60,535 nucleotides of DNA from Verrucomicrobiota bacterium (GTDB taxonomy: Bacteria > Verrucomicrobiota > Verrucomicrobiia > Limisphaerales > JAYTXL01). The position numbers were made by a program, and so were the translations under genes. The notes under the pieces were generated by a model. The model was not told where the DNA came from. It worked only from the letters and a program-made list of their open reading frames with translations, and did no database searches. Where the stretch lies: positions 1 to 60,535 of the forward strand of contig JAYTXL010000446.1 in NCBI GenBank assembly GCA_043742955.1, in the 5' to 3' direction. How positions within the stretch are numbered: the stretch's first letter is position 1; the number at the start of each line of letters is the position of its first letter. Of this stretch, positions 31,743 to 41,752 are shown piece by piece.

Positions 31743-33902
31743 TTAGCGCAAACCTCGGCAGGCGAACATCCGGAGCGTGTGAATCACCCGCCCGCGGCGA
31801 TCCAGCACCTCGCGGATTCCCAGATCGATTACCGACGTGAATTCAGCAGTCAGTCGGGGAGGCGGTGGTCCAAGTTGGATGCCGCGTTTGAACTCCTGGA
31901 CATAGAGGGCATTTTGGCCTCGCCGGTCAGCCTGGTAGCCCCGCCAGAAATAGAATTGGTTTTCCGGCTTGTCGGCCGATTGATAATAGACCAGTGGGTG
32001 ATCGGGCACCCCGGCCTTGGCCGTGGGAATATAAAAGGAAAGCAACCCCGTAATGCCGTAATGCTCGCCGATGATAAACACGGGTTTACCTTCCGCGAGA
32101 AACAGTTGGCGCTCCCTTTCCACCACTTCGGCGGCGGCGCTCCAACCGCGAACGCGCGTCAACGGGTCCTGGTTGGTCGGCGCGTAATGGCCGGTCAATT
32201 TGCCGAGCAGATGCGTGTCATGCAACACGATCACCACCGCGAAGCCCAGCAGCAAGCCAGCCACCAGCCACCGCTGAACCAGGCGCGCTCCGGCACGCCA
32301 ACGTGCTTCCCAGTAAATCACCATCACGCAAAACATGGGGACAATGGCCGGGGCGATCCAATTCGGCTGCACGCGCGCGCGCAAAGTGAACAGGAGGTAA
32401 AATAAAAATAACGGTGTGCCCATGCTGAAGAGATAAAGCTGCAGCGGACAATCCCGTCCGCGCCGCCAAAAAGCAGTGGCGGCCCACAGGGCGGCGATCA
32501 AGAAAACCGGATTCAAGAGGCCGGTTTCTGCCAGCGTAAAATCGAGGAAAAAGTTGGGCTTAAACTGCCACGATTCTTCCAAGCCAGCGCGGCTATGGAG
32601 ATGGGTGAGGGTAATCCAATCATGCTGCTGGTTCCACATCAGCACGGGGAGGGTGCAGGCAATTAGAAGCAGCAACGCCAGCCAGGGGCCGGGGCGACGC
32701 AGTTGTCGGACTGCGGGCGGCCAGACCAGGAAAAAGGCCCCCCAAGAAAGCAATTGAAAGAGCGCAGTGTATTTGCTGAGAAACCCCAGTCCCATCCAAA
32801 GTCCAGTCCAGACCCAATGCTTCGTGGAATCCTGCTGCACGGCCCGCCAGCCGGAAATCATGGCGGCCGTCCAGAACAAGACGGAGAGCGGATCAATGGT
32901 CATCAAGATGGAACCGACGGAGAGCAAGGGCGTTGCGGTGACCACCATCACCAACCAGAAACCGGCGCGAATATTCACCTCACGTGCCAGAAAACGGAGC
33001 AATAAAAACGAGAGTATCGCCGCGATCAAAGGTGAAAAGAAACGGACTCCAAATGCGTTGTCTCCCCATAGAGCCGTGCCAAGCCACTGCGTGTACGCAA
33101 TGAGCGGGGGTTTGCTGTAATAGGAAAGCGCCAGATGCTTGGACCACTGCCATTGATAGGCTTCGTCTTCGCTGAGTTCGATTTTGTCACTGGCCAGGTA
33201 AGCCCAGCGGGCGCAGAGCAAAACCAGAATCAACAGATAGCCCAGACGCAGCCAGTGTTGGTCCAAAGCGGCTGGAGCGGACGGCGGAAACGAGGTGGAA
33301 CGCGGCCGGTCTGGTTCGAACAAATTAGGCAGGCGGGGCCACCACAAAGGAAACCATTTCGGTCCCAGCCACTGCCAGAAGGCATTGGCAACCCAGACCC
33401 CGCCGGCGGCATAACCGGCACCGAGAATCGCGCCAGCGAGGACATCGCTCGGGTAATGGACGCCATTGTAAATGCGGGAAAAGCCGACCGCCGCTGCCAG
33501 TGGGAACATGAAGCGCGCGCTGCGGCGAAAAAAGAGGCAGGCCACCATGGCTCCGCCGAACCAATTCGCCGAGTGCGAAGAGGGCATGCTGAAAGTCTCC
33601 GTCAATCCAACCCGCAGAATCACGTCCGGCAAATCAACGGGTGGGCGTGGACGCTCGACGGCGTGTTTGATCAGGTTCGAAACCAGCGGGTCACCCAGGG
33701 CCACCGAGAGCAGCAGGAAGGCAACACAGAGAATTCCGCGGGTTCGCCCTTTCCAGATCAAAACCGTGGCCGTGAGGACCAAAGCCGGCACAAACAGCTG
33801 GTTGCCGCTTAGAAATGGCATCAGCCAGTCGAACACCGGATTGCTCAACGTCTGGTTGATGAATCGGAACAGCGCGACGTCGAGTGATTGTAGCCAGGCC
33901 AT
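31743..33902 (-). CDS. Fusion protein: N-terminal PAP2 lipid phosphatase plus C-terminal GT39/ArnT-like (GT-C) glycosyltransferase
   Basis: PAP2 motifs KHAVERPRP, PSSHS and SRIYNGVHYPSDV lie in the first ~190 aa. A >10-TM ArnT/PMT-like body follows, beginning DEAYQWQWSKHLALSYYSKPPL. ATG 33902 is preferred over TTG 33935. Confidence 0.8.
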   Translation of the reverse strand: MAWLQSLDVALFRFINQTLSNPVFDWLMPFLSGNQLFVPALVLTATVLIWKGRTRGILCVAFLLLSVALGDPLVSNLIKHAVERPRPPVDLPDVILRVGLTETFSMPSSHSANWFGGAMVACLFFRRSARFMFPLAAAVGFSRIYNGVHYPSDVLAGAILGAGYAAGGVWVANAFWQWLGPKWFPLWWPRLPNLFEPDRPRSTSFPPSAPAALDQHWLRLGYLLILVLLCARWAYLASDKIELSEDEAYQWQWSKHLALSYYSKPPLIAYTQWLGTALWGDNAFGVRFFSPLIAAILSFLLLRFLAREVNIRAGFWLVMVVTATPLLSVGSILMTIDPLSVLFWTAAMISGWRAVQQDSTKHWVWTGLWMGLGFLSKYTALFQLLSWGAFFLVWPPAVRQLRRPGPWLALLLLIACTLPVLMWNQQHDWITLTHLHSRAGLEESWQFKPNFFLDFTLAETGLLNPVFLIAALWAATAFWRRGRDCPLQLYLFSMGTPLFLFYLLFTLRARVQPNWIAPAIVPMFCVMVIYWEARWRAGARLVQRWLVAGLLLGFAVVIVLHDTHLLGKLTGHYAPTNQDPLTRVRGWSAAAEVVERERQLFLAEGKPVFIIGEHYGITGLLSFYIPTAKAGVPDHPLVYYQSADKPENQFYFWRGYQADRRGQNALYVQEFKRGIQLGPPPPRLTAEFTSVIDLGIREVLDRRGRVIHTLRMFACRGLR

Positions 33903-33974
33903 GTCAGAAGTCCGGAGCTTGACCGGAGGCCGCAACCTAATTCAATCGGAAAATCCGGCGCAGAACATCCCAGT

Positions 33975-34511
33975 TCAGTAAACCACCAGCGATTTGATGG
34001 GCAGGTTCTGCAACTTGTCACGGCCATGGAGGAAGCCGAGTTCGATCAGGAAATGAATCTCAAGAATATTCGCGCCAATTTTTTGAAGCAGTTGCGTGGC
34101 CGCCGCCGCGGTACCGCCCGTGGCGAGCAAATCGTCCACCAGCAAGACACGGGCGCCGGCAGTCACGGCATCCGTGTGAATGGCGACGGTGCTGGAGCCG
34201 TATTCCAGCTCGTAACTTTGTTCGTGCGTATCGTACGGCAGTTTCCCCTTTTTGCGGATGGGAACAAAGCCCGTTCGTAGCCTGGCGGCCACGGCGGCCG
34301 CGAAGATAAAGCCCCGCGCGTCGATTCCCACGACGGCGTCCACCGAGCCTGCTTGGTAATTGGCGGCGAGCAAATCAATGCAGCCATTGAAGAGCCGCGC
34401 GTCGGCCAGCACCGGTGTGATGTCCTTGAACTGAATGCCCGGCTTGGGAAAATCGGGCACGTTGCGGATGGCGCGCCGGAGATCGGCGGCCGTAACAGCG
34501 GAGTGATTCAT
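33975..34511 (-). CDS. apt: Adenine phosphoribosyltransferase
   Basis: PRPP-binding VLLVDDLLATGGTA and FPKPGIQFKDITP motifs. Confidence 0.9.
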   Translation of the reverse strand: MNHSAVTAADLRRAIRNVPDFPKPGIQFKDITPVLADARLFNGCIDLLAANYQAGSVDAVVGIDARGFIFAAAVAARLRTGFVPIRKKGKLPYDTHEQSYELEYGSSTVAIHTDAVTAGARVLLVDDLLATGGTAAAATQLLQKIGANILEIHFLIELGFLHGRDKLQNLPIKSLVVY

Positions 34512-34540
34512 AGATGCGGGAGGGCTTCAGCGCGAACAGC

Positions 34541-35572
34541 CTAGTGTTTGATGGATTCGAGCTTTTCGATCTTCTTGCGCAACTTGCGCAGGGCGATATT
34601 TTGAATTTGACGGACCCGCTCGCGGGTGACGCCGAATTTTTCACCCACTTCTTCGAGCGTGCGCTCGCTGCCGCCATCCAAACCGAAACGGAAAATGAGA
34701 ATGGTGGCCTCCCGTGGCGGCAAGGTTTTGACCATTTCCTGAAGCATGGAGCTGACGGTCTTGTCTTCCAGTCGTTCGTAAGGGGTATGGGCATTTTCGT
34801 CCTGCACCACCTCGGAAAAACTGTTGGAATCATCGTCATCGCCGATGGGTGCGTCGAGCGAGGCGGGGCGGATCGCCGCCGTGCGCATCTGGGCCACGCG
34901 CGAAGCGGTCATGCCCATCTCCTCCGCCAATTCCTCGTCGGTTGCCTCGCGCCCAAACAATTCCTGAAGCTTCATCGCCACGCGGCGCATCTTGGAGATT
35001 TTGTCCACCAGATGCACCGGGAGGCGAATGGTCTTGGACTGGTTGGCCAAGGCGCGTTTGATCGACTGTTTGATCCACCAGGAACCGTAGGTGGAGAGTT
35101 TACCCCCCTTCGCTGGATCGAACCGCTCCACGGCTTTCATCAAGCCAATGTTGCCTTCGTTGATGAGGTCGAGCAGTGGCAATCCCAGACCGTCGTAATC
35201 ATGGGCGATCTTGACGACCAGCCGCAGATTGGCCTTGATCATGTGTTCACGCGCCTTTTTGTCGCCCTTTTTGATGCGCGCGGCCAGTTCGATCTCTTCC
35301 TGCGGCGTGAGTAGTTTGACGAGGCCGATTTCCCGCAAATATAGTTTGATGGCCGTGTCGCCATCGTAGGTGGTGCGACTTTTCTCCTCCGGCCGCCGCA
35401 GCGAACTCGGTTCTTCCGGGGTGGGCGCCGGCTCGGCAAATTCGCCTGGAACAGCGACCTCCGCCAGCACGGCAGCCGCAGGTGCTTCCGGGGAGCAAAC
35501 GGCTGGTGCCGCTCTGCGGCGCGGGGCGTTCTGGCGCGTGACGGGGATTGGCTTTTTGGGTTTGGCGTCCAT
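34541..35572 (-). CDS. RpoD/SigA-family sigma-70 factor
   Basis: Region 2 DLINEGNIGLMKAVERFD, region 3 TIRLPVH, region 4.2 TLEEVGEKFGVTRERVRQIQNIALRKLR. Confidence 0.9.
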   Translation of the reverse strand: MDAKPKKPIPVTRQNAPRRRAAPAVCSPEAPAAAVLAEVAVPGEFAEPAPTPEEPSSLRRPEEKSRTTYDGDTAIKLYLREIGLVKLLTPQEEIELAARIKKGDKKAREHMIKANLRLVVKIAHDYDGLGLPLLDLINEGNIGLMKAVERFDPAKGGKLSTYGSWWIKQSIKRALANQSKTIRLPVHLVDKISKMRRVAMKLQELFGREATDEELAEEMGMTASRVAQMRTAAIRPASLDAPIGDDDDSNSFSEVVQDENAHTPYERLEDKTVSSMLQEMVKTLPPREATILIFRFGLDGGSERTLEEVGEKFGVTRERVRQIQNIALRKLRKKIEKLESIKH

Positions 35573-35642
35573 TCTAGATGGAAAGAATCAGCAGAAGTCT
35601 GGGTGTTCGCAAGAAAATTAGGTGCCGGCGCCGAAGAAAGTT

Positions 35643-36566
35643 TCACCCGACCGCGATTTGGAGCCGGGCGATGCGTTCCTCCAACGGTGGATGAGTGGCG
35701 AACCAGCGCATCATTCGACTTGGCGGACTGGAAATCTTCAGCGCTTGAAACGCTTGTCCGCCATCACTGCCCATGGATGGCGGCGGCTGGTCGTGGAGCC
35801 GGCCCAAGGCCGTCAAAGCACCGATCATTTGCTCCCGTCCCGCCAATTGGGCACCACCCGCGTCAGCGCGGAATTCGCGCCAGCGGGAAAACCAGCAGAC
35901 GACCACGGCACCAAGGAGGGAGAAGACCATTTGAAAAATCATGACGAGAAGGTATTGAATGAAACCACCTCCCCCGCGGTTTTCATCGCGGGAACGAATG
36001 GCCTGGGAAACCGCAAAAGCCAGGACGCGCGCCAGAAACATGACGAAGGCATTGATGACGCCTTGGATGAGGGTCATCGTCACCATGTCGCCATTCGCGA
36101 TGTGGGCGATCTCGTGCGCCAGGACTCCCTCCACTTCTCGCCGGCGCATCTGGTTGAGCAGTCCGCTGGAGACCGCCACCAGCGAACGGGAGCGGGATGG
36201 TCCGGTGGCGAAGGCGTTGACTTCGTCCGCCGAGTAAATGCCCACCTGTGGCATCGTTGTAAGCCCGGCCTTGCGGGCGAGGGAATGGACCGATTGAACC
36301 AGTTCGCGCTGCGCCGCGTCCTGCGTGTCCGGGGCAATGACCGCCACCCCCATGAACCACTTGGCCATCAAACGCGATAAGGCCAGCGAAATCAAGGCCC
36401 CGCCCATGCCCCAGATGAAACAAAAAGCCAGCAATGATGCGTAACTGGACTGGGGAAGGCGCGTCCCCACCCCAAAGAGCGACAACACCAACCCAATGGT
36501 TGTTACGATCAGAATGTTGACGAACAGGAACAACGCAACCCGTTTGCCGATTTGCCAGAGTTTCAT
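35643..36566 (-). CDS. htpX: M48 zinc protease HtpX
   Basis: HEIAHIANGD (HExxH), four TM segments, and C-terminal THPPLEERI. Confidence 0.9.
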   Translation of the reverse strand: MKLWQIGKRVALFLFVNILIVTTIGLVLSLFGVGTRLPQSSYASLLAFCFIWGMGGALISLALSRLMAKWFMGVAVIAPDTQDAAQRELVQSVHSLARKAGLTTMPQVGIYSADEVNAFATGPSRSRSLVAVSSGLLNQMRRREVEGVLAHEIAHIANGDMVTMTLIQGVINAFVMFLARVLAFAVSQAIRSRDENRGGGGFIQYLLVMIFQMVFSLLGAVVVCWFSRWREFRADAGGAQLAGREQMIGALTALGRLHDQPPPSMGSDGGQAFQALKISSPPSRMMRWFATHPPLEERIARLQIAVG

Positions 36567-36736
36567 TTAAAATCTCAAAATAGAGTCAGGAATGGGACAC
36601 TATTCAGCGCGCGCCGTTCAACCTTTCGCGAATCATCGGCCCGGCGTGAAGTCCGGGTGCCGACATGAATCCTTCGGGTCTCGAAGGCGCATGCGCGGCT
36701 AACTGGAAAAGACTGGCTCCTAGTGCCGTGCTTCAA

Positions 36737-37867
36737 TCACACCTCGAGAACTTTCTCAAACTTGGTCAGATTACGCGATCCATTCCGGGTGATCAGTAAC
36801 ACATCCTCCAAACGCACGCCACCCAGGCTGGAATAATACAGTCCAGGTTCAACCGTAACCACGTGTCCAACCCGTAACACCTCGTCCGAGGTAGGCCCAA
36901 TATTCGGGGCTTCGTGAATTTCCAAGCCCAAGCCGTGGCCGGTGCCGTGGAAGAAGCCTTCCTTTCGCCCCTTGTTTCTGCCGGTTTTGTAGCCCTGGCT
37001 TTCAAAAAACGATTGAATGGTCTGATGCACTGCCGCCGCCCGGGTGCCTGCCCGCATTTGTTCCGCCCCCAACTCCTGCCCGCGGACCACCGTGTGGTAC
37101 AACTTCCGCAAGGCTTCGCTGGCGCGCCCTTTGACCACCGTGCGAGTGATGTCACCGTAGTAACCGGTTTTTTGGGAGCGCGGAAAAATATCAAGGATGA
37201 TTGGCTCATTCAAGCGCAAGGGGCCGTAGCCGCGTTCGTGCGGGTCGCATCCCTGCCGGCCTCCGGCCACGATCGTGTGGCTGGCCAGGCCGCCCGCCTG
37301 GATGACCGCCACGTTTATAATAGCGCGTAGTTTATCCGCAGTCAGGGGCGCATTATGGTAGACCAACCGCCCGCCTTTGCCAGCCCGGGCGGATTTCAAT
37401 GCCTGTAACCCCTCCGCCATACCGACCTCGGCCATCATCAGCGCGGCGCTGATCTTCTTGACCTCATCGGCTGATTTGAATTCCCGTTCCGGAAAGCAAT
37501 GGCCTGGCTTTACTTTGAGTTTGATCTTTAGGTCGCGCAGTTTTTTCGCCAAACCAACGGGGAAGTGTTCAGGAACCTGGATCTTTTTTAACCGTCTTTC
37601 ACGCAGAATCGCCTGCACGACTTGGGGCAAGCCCGGATTCTTGGCTCCGTTCAGCCGCAATTTTTGAAGGTAACGGCTAAGCGAAAGCACCCGGCAATGC
37701 CGCGCCTGTTTGCGCGCCCGGTCAATCTCCAGGTCGTGCATGACGAGATGACACTTTCCTCGGAGACGCAGGTAGATAAACGGATCGGGCACGAACATTC
37801 CCGCAGCAAAAAGCATGTCGGCGGTGTGTTCGCTGTCCGCAATGATCAGCAGATTTCCACGATCCAT
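36737..37867 (-). CDS. M24-family Xaa-Pro aminopeptidase
   Basis: HGTGHGLGLEIHE, VEPGLY and LED metal-ligand blocks. Confidence 0.85.
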   Translation of the reverse strand: MDRGNLLIIADSEHTADMLFAAGMFVPDPFIYLRLRGKCHLVMHDLEIDRARKQARHCRVLSLSRYLQKLRLNGAKNPGLPQVVQAILRERRLKKIQVPEHFPVGLAKKLRDLKIKLKVKPGHCFPEREFKSADEVKKISAALMMAEVGMAEGLQALKSARAGKGGRLVYHNAPLTADKLRAIINVAVIQAGGLASHTIVAGGRQGCDPHERGYGPLRLNEPIILDIFPRSQKTGYYGDITRTVVKGRASEALRKLYHTVVRGQELGAEQMRAGTRAAAVHQTIQSFFESQGYKTGRNKGRKEGFFHGTGHGLGLEIHEAPNIGPTSDEVLRVGHVVTVEPGLYYSSLGGVRLEDVLLITRNGSRNLTKFEKVLEV

Positions 37868-37929
37868 GACGGAAACCCTAGTGGTGCGGGAAGGGAAATC
37901 AAGCCCGGGATTTGTTCAAGCGTCCTTCA

Positions 37930-39075
37930 TCAATTCAGAAACGTCGGCGTCATGAAGTACATCCGCCCCACCTGCAGCCGGGGCAGATCCATTCCCAAAT
38001 CGAGCTTGATGCTGCGCGCCTCGCTTTTGCCGAAGAGACGGAACAGGCTCGTAAAATCAAACGGCTGCTGGTATTGCACCAAATTGACCTCGGACAGCTT
38101 GGTAATGGTTTTTATGCGCTCCACGGCCGTTTGAAAAGTTCCCAGCTCATCGACAAACCCAAGTTCCTTCGCCTGATTGCCGGAGATAATGCGACCATCG
38201 GCATACTCTTCCCAATTGCTCACCAAGGTTTGCCCGTTCCCCTGGTTTTTTTCCGCCGCCTGCTTCCGACCCGCAGCGACCACACCTTTGAACTTGGCGA
38301 AGGTTTCGTCGATGAGCTTCTGCACCATTTGCCGCTCTTCGGGAAGTATGTCGTCCTCGCTCTTGGAGCTGCTCAGCATGTCTTTGAATTTGCCACTTTT
38401 ATAAACCTCCGGACGAACTCCGACTTTGTCCATCAAGCCGCGGAAGTTGTAACCACTCATGATCACTCCGATGCTGCCGGTGATGGTCATGTCGCTCGCC
38501 ACGATCCACTGGCACGGTGCGCTGACATAGTAGCCGCCCGAAGCGGCCACGCCACCCATGGTCGCCACGACGGGTTTCCCGGACTTCTTTTGGAACGTGC
38601 TGATCGCCCGGTAAATCTCATCGGAGGCCAGCACCTCGCCGCCGGGCGAGTCCACTTTTAACAAAACTCCCTTCACGGCGCGATCATTGGCCGCCAGCGC
38701 CAGTTGATCCTTGATCAGCGTGACCATGTTTTGTCCGTTCCCCTCCAGGGAAGCACTCGTGATAATGCCGGCCACATCCAAAACAGCAATCTTGTTGGCC
38801 GAGCCGCTGTCTTCGAGGATCTTTTCTTCGAAGTTGCGACCGTCAGCGTGCGCTGACCGGCTGGAACCGCCGAGGCCGCGAAAAACATGGTTGAGATTGC
38901 TCGCCAAACTAACCCCGAGCAGGGCCAGGGCGATTAACGCCACCGCCATCCAGCCCCGGCTTTTGCGGGACGCCGGCGTTGGGCGGGGCGCCGGGCCGAT
39001 CAAGGGCGGCAGCAGCGGCGGTGGCAGACTCGCCGGTGGCGGCTGATTAAAAATGGGCGGCTCGTTGTTATCCAT
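37930..39075 (-). CDS. sppA: Signal peptide peptidase SppA (36K type)
   Basis: DSPGGEV and GVAASGGYYVS blocks. N-terminal Pro-rich region plus a TM segment. Trimmed to ATG 39075. Confidence 0.85.
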   Translation of the reverse strand: MDNNEPPIFNQPPPASLPPPLLPPLIGPAPRPTPASRKSRGWMAVALIALALLGVSLASNLNHVFRGLGGSSRSAHADGRNFEEKILEDSGSANKIAVLDVAGIITSASLEGNGQNMVTLIKDQLALAANDRAVKGVLLKVDSPGGEVLASDEIYRAISTFQKKSGKPVVATMGGVAASGGYYVSAPCQWIVASDMTITGSIGVIMSGYNFRGLMDKVGVRPEVYKSGKFKDMLSSSKSEDDILPEERQMVQKLIDETFAKFKGVVAAGRKQAAEKNQGNGQTLVSNWEEYADGRIISGNQAKELGFVDELGTFQTAVERIKTITKLSEVNLVQYQQPFDFTSLFRLFGKSEARSIKLDLGMDLPRLQVGRMYFMTPTFLN

Positions 39076-39246
39076 AGCGTCGAAAACTACTGGAAGGCAC
39101 GGGTGCGGGCAAGGGAGATTCCCGGCACCTGCCGAAGCTGCAAACCACAATGACCCAAAACACCCGAAGTAAGACGGAAACACATGGTGATATCTTCTGC
39201 GCCGGCTTTGTGTTCTTTGTGACCTTGTGGTAAATACTTGGTCCGA

Positions 39247-39888
39247 ATGATCCGCCTCAATCTGAAAACCATCGCGGCCATCGCCGTTATCGGTTTGGCG
39301 CTCGTTTGGTGGCGCTCAGGCCGCGCACCGAACTATATCAACTATCCTCCACCCGCGCGCGGGCCGTGGGTCGCTTTCGGAGACAGCCTGACGGAAGGCC
39401 ACGGGGCGACTGAAGGGCATAGTTACCCGGCGCTCCTGGCGCAGAAGCTGGGCGTGACGATTCAGAATCACGGCGTCAGCGGCGAAGCGACACGCGATGG
39501 GTTGAATCGTCTGGAAGCAATCGTCCAGTTAAAGCCCCGCGTGGTGCTGCTTTGTTTTGGCGGCAACGACGGTCTGCAACAACTGCCGCGCGAAGAAACT
39601 CTGGCCAACCTGTCCCGCATGATCGACCGTTTTCACCAAAGCGGATCGTTCGTGGTGCTCATCGGCATTCGCAGCGTTGGATTGCGCGACCACAATGAAA
39701 AGCCGTTTAAGAAAATGGCCGAGGACAAACGTGTGCTGTACGTGCCGGATTTTCTGAAAGGGATCATGTTTCGCCCCGTGCTGATGTCGGATGCCCTGCA
39801 TCCGAACGATGCGGGCTATGAGGTTTTTGCGGACCGGATGGGAAAGACTCTCCAACCGTGGATGTCCCAACTAAGGTCGCCACCCTGA
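39247..39888 (+). CDS. SGNH/GDSL hydrolase (TesA/arylesterase-like)
   Basis: Block I VAFGDSLTEG, block III FGGNDG, block V DALHPN. N-terminal signal/anchor. Confidence 0.8.
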   Translation: MIRLNLKTIAAIAVIGLALVWWRSGRAPNYINYPPPARGPWVAFGDSLTEGHGATEGHSYPALLAQKLGVTIQNHGVSGEATRDGLNRLEAIVQLKPRVVLLCFGGNDGLQQLPREETLANLSRMIDRFHQSGSFVVLIGIRSVGLRDHNEKPFKKMAEDKRVLYVPDFLKGIMFRPVLMSDALHPNDAGYEVFADRMGKTLQPWMSQLRSPP

Positions 39889-39891
39889 CCT

Positions 39892-40908
39892 TTATTTGGT
39901 CGCGAGCAGCTCTTCGGGTTCCGCCAGATTCACCGAGCGATTCAACATTCTCTGCCGGTAAAAATCCTCCAGGCTTTGCCGGGACACGGCTAACCGCTCC
40001 GCGTCGATCGCCGCGAGGATTCGTTCCTCCGTCATGATGAAGCGGTCGCGCTTGTAGAGCAGGTAATCTCCGCGCACGTCATCCGGCGTCAAATTAATGG
40101 TGACGAGATTGGCTCCCGTGCGCAAGCCACGCCGGTAGCCCGCGCCCGGTTCCGCCAGGTTCAGTGCGCTCACCGAGGGAATCACCCAACCCGGCTTTAT
40201 TAAACGGAGGGCGGCCATGCAATTGAGGGTCAGATCGATGGCCGCCGCAGGCGCGGTTGCCAGCGGAGTTTCATCGCCCGGAATAAACGGGCTGACGCTG
40301 CAACCAGCCAGGGGCAGTTCGCGGGCGAGCCGGAAGTTGGCGAGCAATTCCGGCGCGGTCTGGCCAGGCAGTCCGCTGATGAACCCGGAACTGACTTGCC
40401 AGCCCAGCGCGGCGAGCCGGCGAATGTGCTCGATCCGCTCGTCGAGCGTCCCAGGCGCCTGCATGCGCCGATATTGCACGGCATCAGCGATTTCAAATTT
40501 GATGATGTAAATGCTCGCGCCGGCCGCGCGCAGTTCCCCGTACAAATTCGCGCTCAAGGTCCCCAGACAAACGCTGATGCCCAAAGGGGTTTCCCGCCGC
40601 AGCGTCCTGATCAGGGGCACCACGACTTCCCGCACCACCACCGGGTCTTCGCCAGCCTGAATGTTCAAATCGGTGATCGACGCCGGCCGATGGTGAATGA
40701 GCCGATCGGCCAGTTCATCGTGTCGGGCGCGAAACCGGGCCAGTTTTGGGTTGTCGCGGCGCATGCCACAATACTGGCAGTTCTCCCGGCAGAAATTAGA
40801 GACCTCCACCACTCCGCGCACAAATACGCGCCGACCAAACTGGGCTTCCGCAAGCGCCGCCGCCCGTTCATGCCAGGCTTCTTGCTCCGTACCCTGCGCG
40901 GTCAACAT
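39892..40908 (-). CDS. Radical SAM enzyme (BioB/HydE/PylB-like subgroup)
   Basis: CRENCQYCGMR (CxxxCxxC) about 40 aa from ATG 40908. The TIM-barrel length is as expected. A GTG at 41028 is an alternative start. Confidence 0.75.
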   Translation of the reverse strand: MLTAQGTEQEAWHERAAALAEAQFGRRVFVRGVVEVSNFCRENCQYCGMRRDNPKLARFRARHDELADRLIHHRPASITDLNIQAGEDPVVVREVVVPLIRTLRRETPLGISVCLGTLSANLYGELRAAGASIYIIKFEIADAVQYRRMQAPGTLDERIEHIRRLAALGWQVSSGFISGLPGQTAPELLANFRLARELPLAGCSVSPFIPGDETPLATAPAAAIDLTLNCMAALRLIKPGWVIPSVSALNLAEPGAGYRRGLRTGANLVTINLTPDDVRGDYLLYKRDRFIMTEERILAAIDAERLAVSRQSLEDFYRQRMLNRSVNLAEPEELLATK

Positions 40909-41053
40909 AGCTCTGTCGGGAAAAAATGCTTCGTCGCTCACCCCACCATAAAAGCCCGAAACAAGACCCCAGAGCAAACCAATTTCTTCCGATTGCTCCG
41001 GCTCCGCACCAGATTTTGCTTGGCGCACCCCCCCGATATTCTAGCGTCTGGCC

Positions 41054-41752
41054 ATGGACTGGCCGGCCCAATGCGCGGTGGTGATTCCTTGCTTGAATGA
41101 AGCGGGCAGCCTCGCCGCGCTCATCGCCGAGATCCGTCCGTGTCTGCCGAACGTGATCGTCGTGGATGACGGCTCCACCGACGCCACCGCGGCTTTGGCC
41201 AGGCAATCCGGAGCCCGGCTCGTCCAACACGGGCAAACCATGGGCAAAGGTGCCGCGTTGGGCAGTGGTTGTCGGTTCGCTCGCGAGCTGGGTTTTGATT
41301 GGGTGTTGACCCTCGACGGGGACGGGCAGCACGCAGCCAGCGACATCCCGCGCTTGCTCTCCGCTGCGGAGGTTACCCAGGCGGAGTTGGTCGTGGGAAA
41401 TCGCATGGCCAACCCCACCACCATGCCCTGGATCCGTTGGCAGGTGAATCGCTGGTTAAGCCGGCGGCTTTCCCGGCTGACGGGTCGTGACCTGCCCGAC
41501 ACGCAATGCGGCTTCCGTCTGTTTCGGCTGGATGCCTGGTCCGCGCTTCCGCTGCACACGGTCCATTTTGAAGTGGAATCTGAAATGCTCGTGGCCTTCA
41601 TCGCCGCTGGGCACAAGGTTGAATTCGTGCCTGTCCAGACGATTTACAAAAGAGAACAGAGCAAAATCCACCCCCTGCTGGACAGTCTGCGGTGGCTCCG
41701 CTGGTGGCGGGCCACCCGCCGGGAAAGACCCGAGCAGATCTCGCCGCCCTGA
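41054..41752 (+). CDS. Family 2 glycosyltransferase
   Basis: VVIPCLNE, VVDDGSTD and LDGDGQH motifs. Confidence 0.85.
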   Translation: MDWPAQCAVVIPCLNEAGSLAALIAEIRPCLPNVIVVDDGSTDATAALARQSGARLVQHGQTMGKGAALGSGCRFARELGFDWVLTLDGDGQHAASDIPRLLSAAEVTQAELVVGNRMANPTTMPWIRWQVNRWLSRRLSRLTGRDLPDTQCGFRLFRLDAWSALPLHTVHFEVESEMLVAFIAAGHKVEFVPVQTIYKREQSKIHPLLDSLRWLRWWRATRRERPEQISPP

